From: an uncultured Desulfosarcina sp.
GTDB taxonomy: Bacteria; Desulfobacterota; Desulfobacteria; Desulfobacterales; Desulfosarcinaceae
Direction of reading: 5' to 3'
Length of the DNA stretch: 64,000 nucleotides
Assembly: GCA_963674945.2 (NCBI GenBank)
Contig: CAXXWQ010000003.1
Location: 1,984,001 to 2,048,000 of the forward strand
The notes under the pieces are model-generated. The model had not been told where the DNA came from. It did no database searches and saw nothing but the letters and a program-made list of their open reading frames with translations. Positions within the stretch are counted from its first letter, which is position 1. Each line of letters opens with the position of its first letter. A program made the position numbers and the translations under genes. Below, piece by piece: positions 17,611 to 27,939 of the stretch.

Positions 17611-19745
17611 TCGTTACAACTTGCCATTTTCCCTGTTTGCAGAAAGTGCTCATACCGTTTCATCCAAGCCAAATCTGCATCTGGAAGGTATTTTCCATCG
17701 GCCAGGTCCTGGGTGAGATACTCGTATTTTTCCCATTGAGTAGACGGCATCCTGTTTGCCTGCTTGTCCGCCAGCCGGATCACGTCCTTTGCGCGCTCCT
17801 CCTCATCTTCGCTGATGGCGATGGGAGAAGGGCCAAGTTCCTTTCGCCGCATGTCCTCTACCGCCATCGCCGCCTCATCCAACGCGCCGGTGCTGTATTC
17901 TTCGCTTTGTTTTGGATGGTCCACGATGTTTGCAATCTTTGATTCCCTATAGCCGAGGATCTCATCGTGGATAAACCGAGTTTTTGCCTCTCGCGCGACC
18001 TTCTTCAGCTCCCGGCTGCCCTCGCGCATCACCTTCTTTTGGATGTCCTTCGCTTTATCTGCGATCTCTTTTCGGTTATGGCCAGTACGGTCAGGATTGA
18101 CAGCGGTGCATATATACGTCCCATCCTCTCCGAACACGTAAATTGTGCCGTAATCAGTACGGTCCAACAGAACCCTTACGCGTCCTTCGTGCCCGGCCAG
18201 CTCTGGTGTGATAAACCATGCGTTTTCAACCCTGATACCCTTTCTTCGGATATCCCGGAAACCGCCGTCCGACGGCGCAGGTGAAAGAAGAATATCCAAC
18301 GCCCGCTCGTTGCTGATGCGCCGCACTGGTCCGGTCCAATCCCTTGCCACCTGTGCCGGCGTCATGCCGTCGAGTCCGTCATGGGAGTTGTGATGGTAGA
18401 TGGCATCCACCCACCGGTCACAGATTTCCTGGAATTCGTCGGATGAAATTTTGATATCCACCGGATCCGATCCCTGCTTCATCATTCGCTGTGCAAATGT
18501 GCGTCTTGACTCTATGGCTTTTCTGTCCGCAACGCTGTGGCCGATGTAGCCTGGTAACAGTTCGACGATGGAGTGGGAAAAGGTTTTGAATGCACGTTCG
18601 ATATGCGGCTTCTTCTCTGGAGAGAAAGGCGGGCAAAGCACCTGTTCGACTTCAAGGTCTGAAAATATTCGCACCATATGCCGCGACACATAGTCGGCGC
18701 CATTATCGGTCTTTGCTGATTCTGGCACACCCCAGTCAAGCAAGGCACGCCTGGTGAGTGCCGCCACCGATTCCGCCTTTGATGTCGGAGACACCAGCAG
18801 CTTGATCCGCCTTGAATAGACATCGATCACGCCTATTATCGTGTGCCGGCCATCGGTGAGCATCACGTCTCCCGGCGTAGAGTCGTATTCCCATAACTGA
18901 TTCAGTCTGAAGACCTGCTCGGATGCGTCGCCGAAGGCGAACATTTTCCTATTTTTCCACTCATCAGGATTCTTCAGGTATAGGAGGAGACTCTCGTTTT
19001 CATCCTTCCATTTGGAAACGTATCGCCTTATCGCATGCGCGCTCGGTATTTCCTGGCCGTCGAATCTTGCTTTTATGGACATGCGTATCCCTGGGATCGA
19101 TACATGAGGGTGATCGACGATCATTGCCTGGATGAACTTCTGCATGTGCTCAGGCACCGACGTCTTTGACATGCTGACGTAGTTCCTTGCCAGCCCAGCC
19201 GGTCCATTCTCCTTGTACTCAGTCTCCCATCGGTAAAAAGTGGACCAAGAAAGGACGATTTTTCCTTTTCGTTTTTTCATTGCGCTGGTTACGTTGGGTG
19301 GAAATTTTATCGTCCCCGCCTTCACCTCTTTTATAAATAGGAGCGTTCCCTTCTTTTTGGGCAGCTTCGTTGCGGCCAGAAACCCATCACGCGCCTTCAG
19401 GATCTCCTCGTTCGCGTACGCCTCGTCTTTTTGCTCGTCTGTGAGTGCGTTATATGCCGCAAGTTTCGCCTCCACTTCATCCTGTTTTGCGATTTTCGCG
19501 GCCATCGCCTCTGCGTTCACGCCAAGGCCCCGTATGAATCCTGAGGATTCACCTCCGTATAACGTTGAGAATACTGCCGCCCGAACATCGTCCGGCAGTA
19601 GTGACGTCGGAAATAATTTCCTTGGCCCACCTCGAACGCGCTGGCCTACGGTTGGCCATCTCTCGTTTTGGGCTCGTATTCGCACCATCCGAGGCGAAAG
19701 ACCGATACATTCAGAAATTGAATTGACAGTCAGACAATGCTCCAT
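17607..19745 (-). CDS. MuA-like DDE transposase
   Basis: N-terminal HTH_Mu-like region, WEYDSTPGD, IDVYSR, KTDNGADY, KPHIER. Confidence 0.95.
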   Translation of the reverse strand: MEHCLTVNSISECIGLSPRMVRIRAQNERWPTVGQRVRGGPRKLFPTSLLPDDVRAAVFSTLYGGESSGFIRGLGVNAEAMAAKIAKQDEVEAKLAAYNALTDEQKDEAYANEEILKARDGFLAATKLPKKKGTLLFIKEVKAGTIKFPPNVTSAMKKRKGKIVLSWSTFYRWETEYKENGPAGLARNYVSMSKTSVPEHMQKFIQAMIVDHPHVSIPGIRMSIKARFDGQEIPSAHAIRRYVSKWKDENESLLLYLKNPDEWKNRKMFAFGDASEQVFRLNQLWEYDSTPGDVMLTDGRHTIIGVIDVYSRRIKLLVSPTSKAESVAALTRRALLDWGVPESAKTDNGADYVSRHMVRIFSDLEVEQVLCPPFSPEKKPHIERAFKTFSHSIVELLPGYIGHSVADRKAIESRRTFAQRMMKQGSDPVDIKISSDEFQEICDRWVDAIYHHNSHDGLDGMTPAQVARDWTGPVRRISNERALDILLSPAPSDGGFRDIRRKGIRVENAWFITPELAGHEGRVRVLLDRTDYGTIYVFGEDGTYICTAVNPDRTGHNRKEIADKAKDIQKKVMREGSRELKKVAREAKTRFIHDEILGYRESKIANIVDHPKQSEEYSTGALDEAAMAVEDMRRKELGPSPIAISEDEEERAKDVIRLADKQANRMPSTQWEKYEYLTQDLADGKYLPDADLAWMKRYEHFLQTGKMASCNE

Positions 19746-19753
19746 GCCGCCCT

Positions 19754-20503
19754 CTACAATGGTTGGGATATCGCCTGTAAAATACCTTCTATGTGCCGCT
19801 GCGCCTCGGTCGGATCGGTATCTTTCCAGTCCTTGAGACGCTCCTCGTTGATGGCGTCCAAGAATTCGTTGAACGCCTTGCGAAACCGGTCGCTCATCTT
19901 TACCGCCGGCACATTGGTTTTTCTCTTGGCCCTGTCAACGGTCGTTTTCACTTTTTCGCCGTGGATCTTCCTGGCCGTCTGTTTTATGTGCGCCGCCGTT
20001 ATCCGGCCGTCCGCCGTTTCCACGGCCTTCCTCCAGATCTCGATCTGTTTTTCCTCTGGGTATTTGACGAGGGCTCTTGCCTGTGCTTCGTTTTGTGGAA
20101 TTGGTTTTTCGTCTTGTCTCCAATTGGAGACATTCTTAATTTGTTCCGCGTATGGCAGAAGACGATCTACAATGTCAGCAGCATCGATCATACGATACGC
20201 ATGCGCCCGCTGTATATCCCATAAATCTTTTGCATAACCTGCAAAAGTGGAATGCGTGGACCGGTAGAGCATGGATGTATTAATCTCCCTCAATGCGCAT
20301 CCTACCTCGTAAAACGCCTTGAAATTCCTGGTGACCACATCCTCCAGCTCCGCCAGGCGTTTCTTCTCCCGGACCGACATGGGCGGCATGCCTGGGAAGG
20401 ACTCGTTCAGCGGAACGATGCTGTCGTCGTCAATGTCCAAGACGTCCGGTTCGACGGGTGCGTTGGATGTCTTTCGAAACAATGGATTCTCGCTTTTTGA
20501 CAT
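19754..20503 (-). CDS. Hypothetical phage protein
   Basis: LAELE.VV...F.EVG.AL.EI...LYR...TF..Y motif seen in phage proteins. Confidence 0.8.
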   Translation of the reverse strand: MSKSENPLFRKTSNAPVEPDVLDIDDDSIVPLNESFPGMPPMSVREKKRLAELEDVVTRNFKAFYEVGCALREINTSMLYRSTHSTFAGYAKDLWDIQRAHAYRMIDAADIVDRLLPYAEQIKNVSNWRQDEKPIPQNEAQARALVKYPEEKQIEIWRKAVETADGRITAAHIKQTARKIHGEKVKTTVDRAKRKTNVPAVKMSDRFRKAFNEFLDAINEERLKDWKDTDPTEAQRHIEGILQAISQPL

Positions 20504-20516
20504 GGTTACCCCTTTC

Positions 20517-20987
20517 TTATTTCGTCATCTCTTCGAGAAACATTTCACGCTTCCTGACTTCCGACCTGGCCTCGCTCAGCTTCTCCTTCCATCTCTGGAT
20601 CTCGGACCGAAGTGCGTCCGGTCCAGGCATGGAAAACATGCCGACTGTGTCGTTTAAAATTTCGATCGGGTCGTTGGATCCGGTTGCCCGGCAGAAGGCT
20701 GGAAGGTACTCGGCTGGGATGCGATAGTTGTCCTTGCTTTCGGCCGTCCACGCATCGATGACGGCCTTGGTGATCTCGACACCCAATAGATGGCTCATCT
20801 CCCCGGCGATCTGGTGCCGGGAAAGGCTACATTCCTTGATCGCCCGATTTAGCGCCCGCCGCAAACGGTCACGGACGTTCATCGTGCCCTCGCTGCCCGC
20901 AGCGGCCCGCTTCTCTTCGGTTAACCGGGTTAGATGGTCGAACAAACTGAGCTGCGCCGTATCTATTTGATTGCGTTTCTTAGGCAT
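20517..20987 (-). CDS. Putative regulatory HTH protein (CII-like)
   Basis: SRHQIAGEMS...IDAWTAESK...IPAEYLPAFC. Confidence 0.75.
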   Translation of the reverse strand: MPKKRNQIDTAQLSLFDHLTRLTEEKRAAAGSEGTMNVRDRLRRALNRAIKECSLSRHQIAGEMSHLLGVEITKAVIDAWTAESKDNYRIPAEYLPAFCRATGSNDPIEILNDTVGMFSMPGPDALRSEIQRWKEKLSEARSEVRKREMFLEEMTK

Positions 20988-21017
20988 TGACGTGAAATGG
21001 GTATATTGATAGATCTA

Positions 21018-21272
21018 TTAATTAGCAGAAGAAGACTTGCGAGGACGACGGCCGTCCCAGTTGTAATAATCAGCGAATGCGACTTTCGGGTCCAATCCGA
21101 TTTCTTTCGAAATGGCACGGAATAAACGGTCGGAGATCAGCTTTTGGTGGATGACACGGGATATGGTCATTTCGGAAACACCGTGCTTTTCCGCAAGAGC
21201 CTTCTGCGTTACCCCTTTCCGCTTGAGCATGTATTGAATATCCATGGCGGTGATTGGCTCAGAAAATGTCAT
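21018..21272 (-). CDS. Ner/Cro-like HTH regulator
   Basis: LKRKGVTQKALAEKHGVSEMTISRVI; divergent from the repressor. Confidence 0.85.
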   Translation of the reverse strand: MTFSEPITAMDIQYMLKRKGVTQKALAEKHGVSEMTISRVIHQKLISDRLFRAISKEIGLDPKVAFADYYNWDGRRPRKSSSAN

Positions 21273-21299
21273 GAGAAGCTCCTTGGATAAATAAAAGGA

Positions 21300-21785
21300 T
21301 TGAATATGTCGGCCAAGCTTGCATTAAAGTTCTTTAATAAAATACTCGGCTCTATCGATAATGTGCAGCCTGAGATTGTTGGGGGTGGAAAACTGGCTGA
21401 AATATTATGGCCATTAAACGATATATTCAGGTCACGCATGGACCGTATTTTATCGATAAGGTACGATCCAAAGTTCGAGGATGAGGCGGATAAGGCCATA
21501 GAAAGGTTTGCATCAAATCCGATTCCGTCTTCATGGGAAGATATATCGCCAGGCGCATGGCGGGTCCTGTTTGAACGCCACCGGCAATTGATCATTGTGG
21601 CCATGATCAACGAAAAGACTGGGAATGCATTCACGACAATTCCCTCAGGTCTTCCGGAAAGCGCAATTTTACCTGGTATAATGCTGCTTCTGCTTCATGA
21701 AATGAAGCTTCCGTTTTCAGTAGGTGATCAAAAAGATCTCGGAGTTTGGCAAGGTCTTCCTCCTGAATCGATGAAGCGACACTAA
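21300..21785 (+). CDS. Hypothetical protein in the immunity region
   Basis: 161-aa ORF with AAAGGA RBS. Confidence 0.6.
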   Translation: MNMSAKLALKFFNKILGSIDNVQPEIVGGGKLAEILWPLNDIFRSRMDRILSIRYDPKFEDEADKAIERFASNPIPSSWEDISPGAWRVLFERHRQLIIVAMINEKTGNAFTTIPSGLPESAILPGIMLLLLHEMKLPFSVGDQKDLGVWQGLPPESMKRH

Positions 21786-21978
21786 AGGCTTTTCTTTGAT
21801 TGAATAAGCACATTGTAAGTCTCTTCTTGTACGGAATTGAACCAATCGGAGGAAATTTGCGCTACTAAGATTCTTTTCTTTCCGATTAGATTTTTGAGTT
21901 TTTTTATGATCCTTTTGAAAAACACGTTTTCTCCATGTCTATTTTTAATTCGGATATAGATATGGTTTTATATGCCAA

Positions 21979-22464
21979 GTGGATGATAAGTCAAGGTTTA
22001 AAATAGGCCGAATGGATAATTTGCCAGAAATAATACGCCGATTAAAAGAAATGGAGGATTTAAAAAGCGATAAAGAGATCGCTGAACTATTCGATTTAAC
22101 GCCACAAGAGTTTAGCAGAAGAAAAAAACGTGGAACATTACTTGCAAAAATTATAGATTGGGGAATATGCCAATCGGCAGATTTAAATTGGCTTTTAACT
22201 GGTGAAGGCTCGCCTTATGTCGGCCAACAGAGGCACTCCTCGAACGTCCTCGATATTAAACACAATTGTGTCATTCAGGAATTCGATGACAAGGAATTCG
22301 CTATCGAGGTCAATGAGGCGCTGGTGGCCCTGGAAAAGGCATCGACAAAAAATTTTTATGAGATCGGCGGATACATAAAAAGGGCTGCCCAGGAGGCGAA
22401 GCAAAAACATTCCGTCGACGATGAAACTCGTTTGACAGGGACGGAAGATACAGCAAAAAAATAA
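21979..22464 (+). CDS. CI-like prophage repressor (HTH, no S24 peptidase visible)
   Basis: RLK....LKSDKEIAELF...FS.RKKRG; DLNWLLTGEG. Confidence 0.85.
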   Translation: MDDKSRFKIGRMDNLPEIIRRLKEMEDLKSDKEIAELFDLTPQEFSRRKKRGTLLAKIIDWGICQSADLNWLLTGEGSPYVGQQRHSSNVLDIKHNCVIQEFDDKEFAIEVNEALVALEKASTKNFYEIGGYIKRAAQEAKQKHSVDDETRLTGTEDTAKK

Positions 22465-22484
22465 AGGCTGACGGGCACCAGAGA

Positions 22485-22859
22485 ATGAAACAGAGTTCTA
22501 TTGAGCCGCCCCGTCGTGATCAGCGCGTCAGCGATAGAAAATTTCACGATGGGTATTTGGAGATGGTTGTCCATCTATCAGGCTATATTGGGCATGTCAC
22601 AACCTATGGCAACTTCCCGAAAACCGTGGGAATCAAATATCTGGCTGGTTGTTATTTACATGATTTTACTGATATTGACAGGCCGAAAAAAATACTCGAT
22701 GCGGTATGCAAGACAATAGATACAAGACTCATATCCACTTTGCATTTTAAATTTGAAGGTTTGCTCCGCGTCGGGATTATATATCCGTTCGATCACCGAT
22801 GCGCCCTCGTCAGGATTTTCGCTCCAAGGAATGAACCCGAAACCTGTTTTGGTATTTGA
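22485..22859 (+). CDS. Hypothetical protein
   Basis: ORF following the repressor. Confidence 0.55.
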   Translation: MKQSSIEPPRRDQRVSDRKFHDGYLEMVVHLSGYIGHVTTYGNFPKTVGIKYLAGCYLHDFTDIDRPKKILDAVCKTIDTRLISTLHFKFEGLLRVGIIYPFDHRCALVRIFAPRNEPETCFGI

Positions 22860-22889
22860 GCAGTGTATTTAAAATGAAGGAATTTTCTG

Positions 22890-23396
22890 ATGAATAAAAT
22901 TATTTTCTCAATATTGTCTTTATTAATGTTGGCAGGATGCTCTAATGATTATTCGAACGAACAGAAAGCAAAACCCCTTGAAAGAACAGTTCACATAAAA
23001 ATGAATACAGCTATAAACAAGGGAGAACAAGAAATTCTGCGCATAGCCGTTTTTGAATTTTTTATGACGTGCCAACCATTAAAACAAAAATATCTCGATG
23101 ATATTGAATATATTGAATATGTTTCAAAAATGTCATGCGACAAGGATTCATATTATGATTATCGCTGTGAAAAATATGGTTGGTCAAATGTGCTTTATTT
23201 AAAAATGAAAATAAAAGATGACGCCAAGTTGATTCCTTCTGATTTGCGTGCTTGGGGTCATATCGAACACATCTACATCGGCGGTCCATCAACCCCTGGA
23301 TTTACTATGTCCAAATTTCCACTGCTTTGCGGCGCACAACAGTATGACGGAGAAGATGTATTTATTCCATCCCAAGGAATGGCCAAACTTTTTTGA
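22890..23396 (+). CDS. Putative lipoprotein (moron)
   Basis: Lipobox LAGC; AT-rich. Confidence 0.75.
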   Translation: MNKIIFSILSLLMLAGCSNDYSNEQKAKPLERTVHIKMNTAINKGEQEILRIAVFEFFMTCQPLKQKYLDDIEYIEYVSKMSCDKDSYYDYRCEKYGWSNVLYLKMKIKDDAKLIPSDLRAWGHIEHIYIGGPSTPGFTMSKFPLLCGAQQYDGEDVFIPSQGMAKLF

Positions 23397-23425
23397 GGAT
23401 GTATAAAAAAGAGGGGAAGGCTTAA

Positions 23426-23818
23426 ATGAAAAAAACAATATTTATGCTTCTTTTAATATTATTTCCGACGTGCGTTTTTTGTGGCGAGTGGTACGAGGGC
23501 GGAACATTATTTGAAGCGAATGCACTTGAATGGCAAAAGGCCACCTATGCAAATAAAATGGCGACATGTGCTAATTTTCTTGCCGCATATGCTAAAGCAG
23601 GATTATTAAATGACGACTTGACATCAAGGTTTAATGAGCCTGATGATTACAAGCCGTATGCCATAGAATTAGCAAATTCGCTCGATAAGGTTTTTAAGAG
23701 GGACCCTGATGACGGTAAAAATATCATGCTGTTTTCAAACCAAGAAGTTAAAACGTTTGCCGCCATGATCGTTATTGGTAGCGGATGGGCAAAGCCGGAA
23801 TACTCCAACGGCAATTAG
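23426..23818 (+). CDS. Exported hypothetical protein (moron)
   Basis: Signal peptide; WYEGGTL...EWQKA..ANK.ATCA motif. Confidence 0.75.
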   Translation: MKKTIFMLLLILFPTCVFCGEWYEGGTLFEANALEWQKATYANKMATCANFLAAYAKAGLLNDDLTSRFNEPDDYKPYAIELANSLDKVFKRDPDDGKNIMLFSNQEVKTFAAMIVIGSGWAKPEYSNGN

Positions 23819-24043
23819 GTTACCAAAAATACGTCAAACTCATTTCCGACTTTCAAAAATCTGCTGTTTTTATTACCAACCGAAATAATTAATAAAATCT
23901 ATTTTTATATAATTTTTTACCCATTTCCGTTCATTTCCGACTTTTTTCATTTTACTGTTTCTGAAAACAACTTTTAAATCTGGCTTAAATCATTAATCAA
24001 CGCGCCTTCATATCTATTTCAAACACCTGTCGTAGATATCACA

Positions 24044-24217
24044 TGGTTTTAAACCAGCCGTCAAATCCACCCGAAATTTCCATTTTGGTTTCAAACCGAC
24101 TGTAACGCCGTTATCCGATCCAGTCCAATCACAACCAACCAAAATCACGACACATCCCACCACATCACATCAAATCCCGGCCAATCCCATTGGTTTCATA
24201 CCAGGTGATAGGGCACA
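24044..24217 (-). repeat. Mu left end with putative transposase-binding repeats
   Basis: TGGTTTTAAACC (24044), TGGTTTCAAACC (24086), TGGTTTCATACC (24191); terminal ...GCACA. Confidence 0.7.
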
Positions 24218-24364
24218 GGACTCGTAGTCGGAAACAGTAGGAATATTGATTACGGACAAGGTAGGAAGGGGAGGGCATTTTGATCACCGCTGTCTGTCAT
24301 TTTGTGTAAGACTTTTGTGTAACAGCCGGAATTGATCAAAATTGTAGGTATCTCTAGAAAAATC

Positions 24365-24394
24365 AATGGCCTACCGCGTAAACAGTAGGCCATT
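24365..24394 (-). terminator. Hairpin downstream of the tRNA 3' end
   Basis: AATGGCCTAC/GTAGGCCATT inverted repeat. Confidence 0.6.
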
Positions 24395-24400
24395 TGATGG

Positions 24401-24445
24401 TGGTGCCGAGGGACAGAATCGAACTGCCGACACGGGGATTTTCAG
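24401..24445 (-). other. 3' half of tRNA-Phe(GAA): attachment site of the island
   Basis: CTGAAAATCCCCGTGTCGGCAGTTCGATTCTGTCCCTCGGCACCA; 5' half absent; tandem arm-like CTTTAGCCA repeats at ~24564-24583. Confidence 0.9.
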
Positions 24446-25031
24446 ACTTCGTGCCTGGTTTTTCAAACCCCCTTGCCTGACAGTAACTTGCAGAAATAAC
24501 ATTAAAAACGCCATAAACCATTTTACCCTAATTTCCTCTGTTTTCCGCATTCTAAATAATTTTCTTTAGCCATTCTTTAGCCAAAAAACCGGTTTAAGCT
24601 CCTCTAAAAAAGCCTTTAAATAAGGCCGTACAAATTGGATTTCTATAGGGCCTTTGTATAGGCAAGGCCGACTTTTTACGCTAATTAGCGTGAAAATTGT
24701 TTGCCACCCCTGTCGTCCGCTCTGCTCCCGACTATCTTCCTTTTCCGAACGGCTCCGCTAACGCTCCGGGCCGGCTTAACATCTCGAGCCAAAAGGAAGA
24801 TAGTCGGGAGCACCACGATTTTGTATCCATCCAGCCAAACCGTCTTGAATGAGCTTTGCCTGGACGGACAAAATCGGGGCTCCGACAGGGGCGGCACTAA
24901 TGGCTTCCAAAGCCAACTGTTTTTTTATAACTAATTGTTTCCATAACTAATTTCAGCTTAGGAGAAAAATATCAATCCATTTTTAATAAAGCCTTGCTAA
25001 GATGTAAACACTAAAAATTAACGAAAAACCT

Positions 25032-26024
25032 ATGGCTAAAAAAGAAATCCAGACGCGGAAATCCCGCTTTGACCGCGTTCCGGATCAGCGCATTCTGCAA
25101 ATCCAACCGCGCGATATTGAAATACTGGTTGCTTTGGCTCGCTATCGCTTTCTGACTTCACGCCAATTAATCGCCTTAACCGGCGGAGGGGAACAAGGGG
25201 TTTTGCGGCGCTTGCACCGGCTCTTTCACAATGGCTTTATTAATCGCCCCCGAGTGCAGATAAAAACCAGGACAATCGGCACCGAGCCCATGGCCTACGC
25301 CTTAAGTCGAAAAGGAGCCGACTGGCTCTGTGAGCAAGGCAAAATCACCGGCCGGAAACAAAACCAAATTAGAAGGGACCAGTGGGTCAGGGATGTCTTC
25401 CTGGATCACGCCTTATTGGTATCAAACTTCATGGTAACCATGGAGCTGGCTTGCCAGGCCGTAAGCAATTTAGAACTTTTAAGACAGGAGGATATGGTCA
25501 GGCATATCGAAAGATTAAACCTTAAAACAAAAATGAGAGACAGGATAAATCCTCTCTGCGGCCGGTTTCTATCCGACTATGTGCTTGATAGAGATGGGCA
25601 AAAAATAAAATTGTCTATTGTGCCGGACCAGCTATTCGGTCTGTATTTCCCGGACGAGCCGGACGGCAAAAACGAAATTTTCTTTGCTCTGGAAGCAGAC
25701 CGCTCCACCATGCCCATTATCCGGTCTGATTTTAAAAGCTCCTCCTATTTAAAAAAGATGCTGGGCTACTGGGAAGGCTATCACCAGAATGTCTATGAAA
25801 AATTATACGGCATAAAGGGCTTGCAGGTTTTGACCATTACCACCACTAAGGAGCGGATAAACAATATGATTGAGGCCGGCAAATTAATTGATCAAAGAAA
25901 AAAAGGCTCCCGCATGTTCCTGTTTGCTTGCTCAAGCGACATAGACATCGAACGCCCCACCTATATTCTGGAACAAATCTGGCGAAACGGGCGGGACAAG
26001 GAGCTTGTGAGCATGATTGAGTAA
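25032..26024 (+). CDS. Replication-relaxation family protein
   Basis: RD.EIL..L.RYRFLT..QL, RRL..L, L.H.L, IVPD, FALEADRSTM. Confidence 0.88.
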   Translation: MAKKEIQTRKSRFDRVPDQRILQIQPRDIEILVALARYRFLTSRQLIALTGGGEQGVLRRLHRLFHNGFINRPRVQIKTRTIGTEPMAYALSRKGADWLCEQGKITGRKQNQIRRDQWVRDVFLDHALLVSNFMVTMELACQAVSNLELLRQEDMVRHIERLNLKTKMRDRINPLCGRFLSDYVLDRDGQKIKLSIVPDQLFGLYFPDEPDGKNEIFFALEADRSTMPIIRSDFKSSSYLKKMLGYWEGYHQNVYEKLYGIKGLQVLTITTTKERINNMIEAGKLIDQRKKGSRMFLFACSSDIDIERPTYILEQIWRNGRDKELVSMIE

Positions 26025-26093
26025 ATAGCTTGGCGCGGCCAGTATGTCGAAATTTTTCCATAATCCTTTAATTTTATGGTGATAAAATAATAT

Positions 26094-26276
26094 ATCAACC
26101 TGGTTCCATCCAGGGGCTCAAGTGAAGATCTGCTCGCTTGTTAGAAAAACATTCAGAGCAGACTCAGGTGCCTTTTCTTGGAGAGTAACCTTGTTTCTCG
26201 GATGTTATCGGGCAAGGTTAGGTCGCTCTTTTGTTTCCGAGGCAAAGACAGGCGGTTGAACCAGGTTGATTTTTTT
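26094..26276 (+). ncRNA. Candidate multi-branch small RNA
   Basis: Extended -10 TGaTAAAAT (26080-26088); 13-bp closing stem; internal hairpins; U-tract. Confidence 0.5.
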
Positions 26277-26450
26277 CTATATTTAAATTTCTCACCGTTC
26301 AATTAACTTTCTAATTTAATGTTTATATAACTATCTTAAATAATATGCAAAAAGAACATTTTTCCTATTGACAAGATCTTGTTTGGAAATTATTTTTTAT
26401 GTGAGAAATATATACTTTTGGCCATACGAAAATAGAAAAGGAAAATCGTT

Positions 26451-27218
26451 ATGGCACAAAAAAAAGATTGGCTTCTAATATGTTTGACCAGTTTTATCAT
26501 TTATCCAGTCTTTTCTGCCGAAAGCGCTAATCGAATCGAACCAACCTCTTTGATTCAAGTAAAATGTGATTATCGGGTAGGCAGTAATGAAACTCTTTTA
26601 AACGCGCGCCAGGCCTGTTTTCGAGAAGCCAGGCGGCGGGCCACGGAAAAAGCCGGTGTTTATCTGCGTAGCTATACCAAACTTCACTATCAAGCCGGTA
26701 AAACCTTCCCCATATTGGAAGAAAAAATCGAAACTTTTACTGCCGGTTTTATAAAGGCAGATATTTTAAAAGAAGAAATCCGTTTAGAACATGACCAGCT
26801 TATTATCAGTCTGACCGTAGGCGCGAGAGTCCGCTTGGATGACCTGAAAAAAAGGTTTTATGAGTATACCCTATCAAATGAGCCTGTCCGAAAAGCGTTG
26901 ATAGCCAAGCCTCAAGTAATATATGAAAAAACATTTAGAAAGAAAGATCAGGATAAAGACGGCAATATTCGCGCGTTTACCTGGAATAAAGAGATAAAAA
27001 TCGGTGATATTATCGAAGTAATCAGCCTGGCACCGAAGCAATCCAATATTTATATTTATCGCGGGAAACAGTTCGAGCCCAGTTGGAAATTAGCTCAAAA
27101 CGGCTACCACCAGGGACGGATCGAACACGTACCTGTAGGCAAGAGCTATTACCTTTGGACTGAATCTAAGGACGATTTCGAAATCAAAGTAAAGATCACC
27201 CGCCGGAGTGGAATATAA
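26451..27218 (+). CDS. Exported hypothetical protein
   Basis: Signal peptide; AR.....A.R.A.EKAGVY..S motif. Confidence 0.75.
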   Translation: MAQKKDWLLICLTSFIIYPVFSAESANRIEPTSLIQVKCDYRVGSNETLLNARQACFREARRRATEKAGVYLRSYTKLHYQAGKTFPILEEKIETFTAGFIKADILKEEIRLEHDQLIISLTVGARVRLDDLKKRFYEYTLSNEPVRKALIAKPQVIYEKTFRKKDQDKDGNIRAFTWNKEIKIGDIIEVISLAPKQSNIYIYRGKQFEPSWKLAQNGYHQGRIEHVPVGKSYYLWTESKDDFEIKVKITRRSGI

Positions 27219-27633
27219 ATCTCCATATTTTCTTAATATGACTTATAATTCCAAGCCAGTCAAAAGCATGGGGTTTTTACAGTAAGCTCCTTATTGCGAA
27301 GGCCGGAACATAGTTTTTGAAAAATAAAAAGTCTTATTAGGAGCAGCATTTCATTACTATACCTAAATACCATACGTAGTACAAATATTTAACTGCCTAT
27401 ATAAATCTTCAAATCCGCCGACAAAATGACGCAATTTGGAGAGACATGACATTTTTTGACAGTTGGTGGCGCAATATAATATAATAATAACAGTGGTATA
27501 CTGTTGTGCATGATTTTTGCAATTTAAATCGTTCATTAAAAAAATAAAGGAGAATGATTATAATCTGAAATTAAAAGGCTTAATTAACGAAAATTTTTCT
27601 TGACAAATTGAAACATTAAAAAATAGACATATT

Positions 27634-27924
27634 ATGGAGGCTCCCCTCATGAAGAATAAATCCATTTCTATTTCAGATTTACAAAAACAACTGCCATCTT
27701 TAGTCGTTGGATTAAATAAGTCCGGTATTATAATCACAGACGGAAAAGCCGAGGTTGCTGTGCTATTAAGTATTCGGGAATATCGATCAATGAAAGCAAT
27801 GATAAAATTAGCAGGCGATCCAGAAAAACTACTTTCTTATTATAAAAATGTAAAAAAGGTTCAAGACGGGGATCTTGCTGATTACAAAAATGTGACAAAG
27901 TTAATTTCTGGTAGCAATAAATAA
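27634..27924 (+). CDS. Phd/YefM-like antitoxin
   Basis: ISISDLQKQL, IIIT.GK..AVLLS..EY. Confidence 0.75.
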   Translation: MEAPLMKNKSISISDLQKQLPSLVVGLNKSGIIITDGKAEVAVLLSIREYRSMKAMIKLAGDPEKLLSYYKNVKKVQDGDLADYKNVTKLISGSNK

Positions 27925-27939
27925 ATCGAGGTTATTACA

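Larger units (their letters stand above)
1..24217 (-). mobile_element. Mu-like transposable prophage (left end plus early, lysis and head genes; continues beyond the window start)
   Basis: Mu gene order (repressor, ner, A, B, DUF3164, gemA, mor, lysis, terminase, portal, F, protease); terminus TGTGCCC... on the minus strand at 24217 with repeated TGGTTTYAWACC sites. Confidence 0.95.

Noticed and set aside
24401..24445. Functional tRNA-Phe
   Set aside because: D-arm and 5' acceptor strand are missing; it is an att remnant
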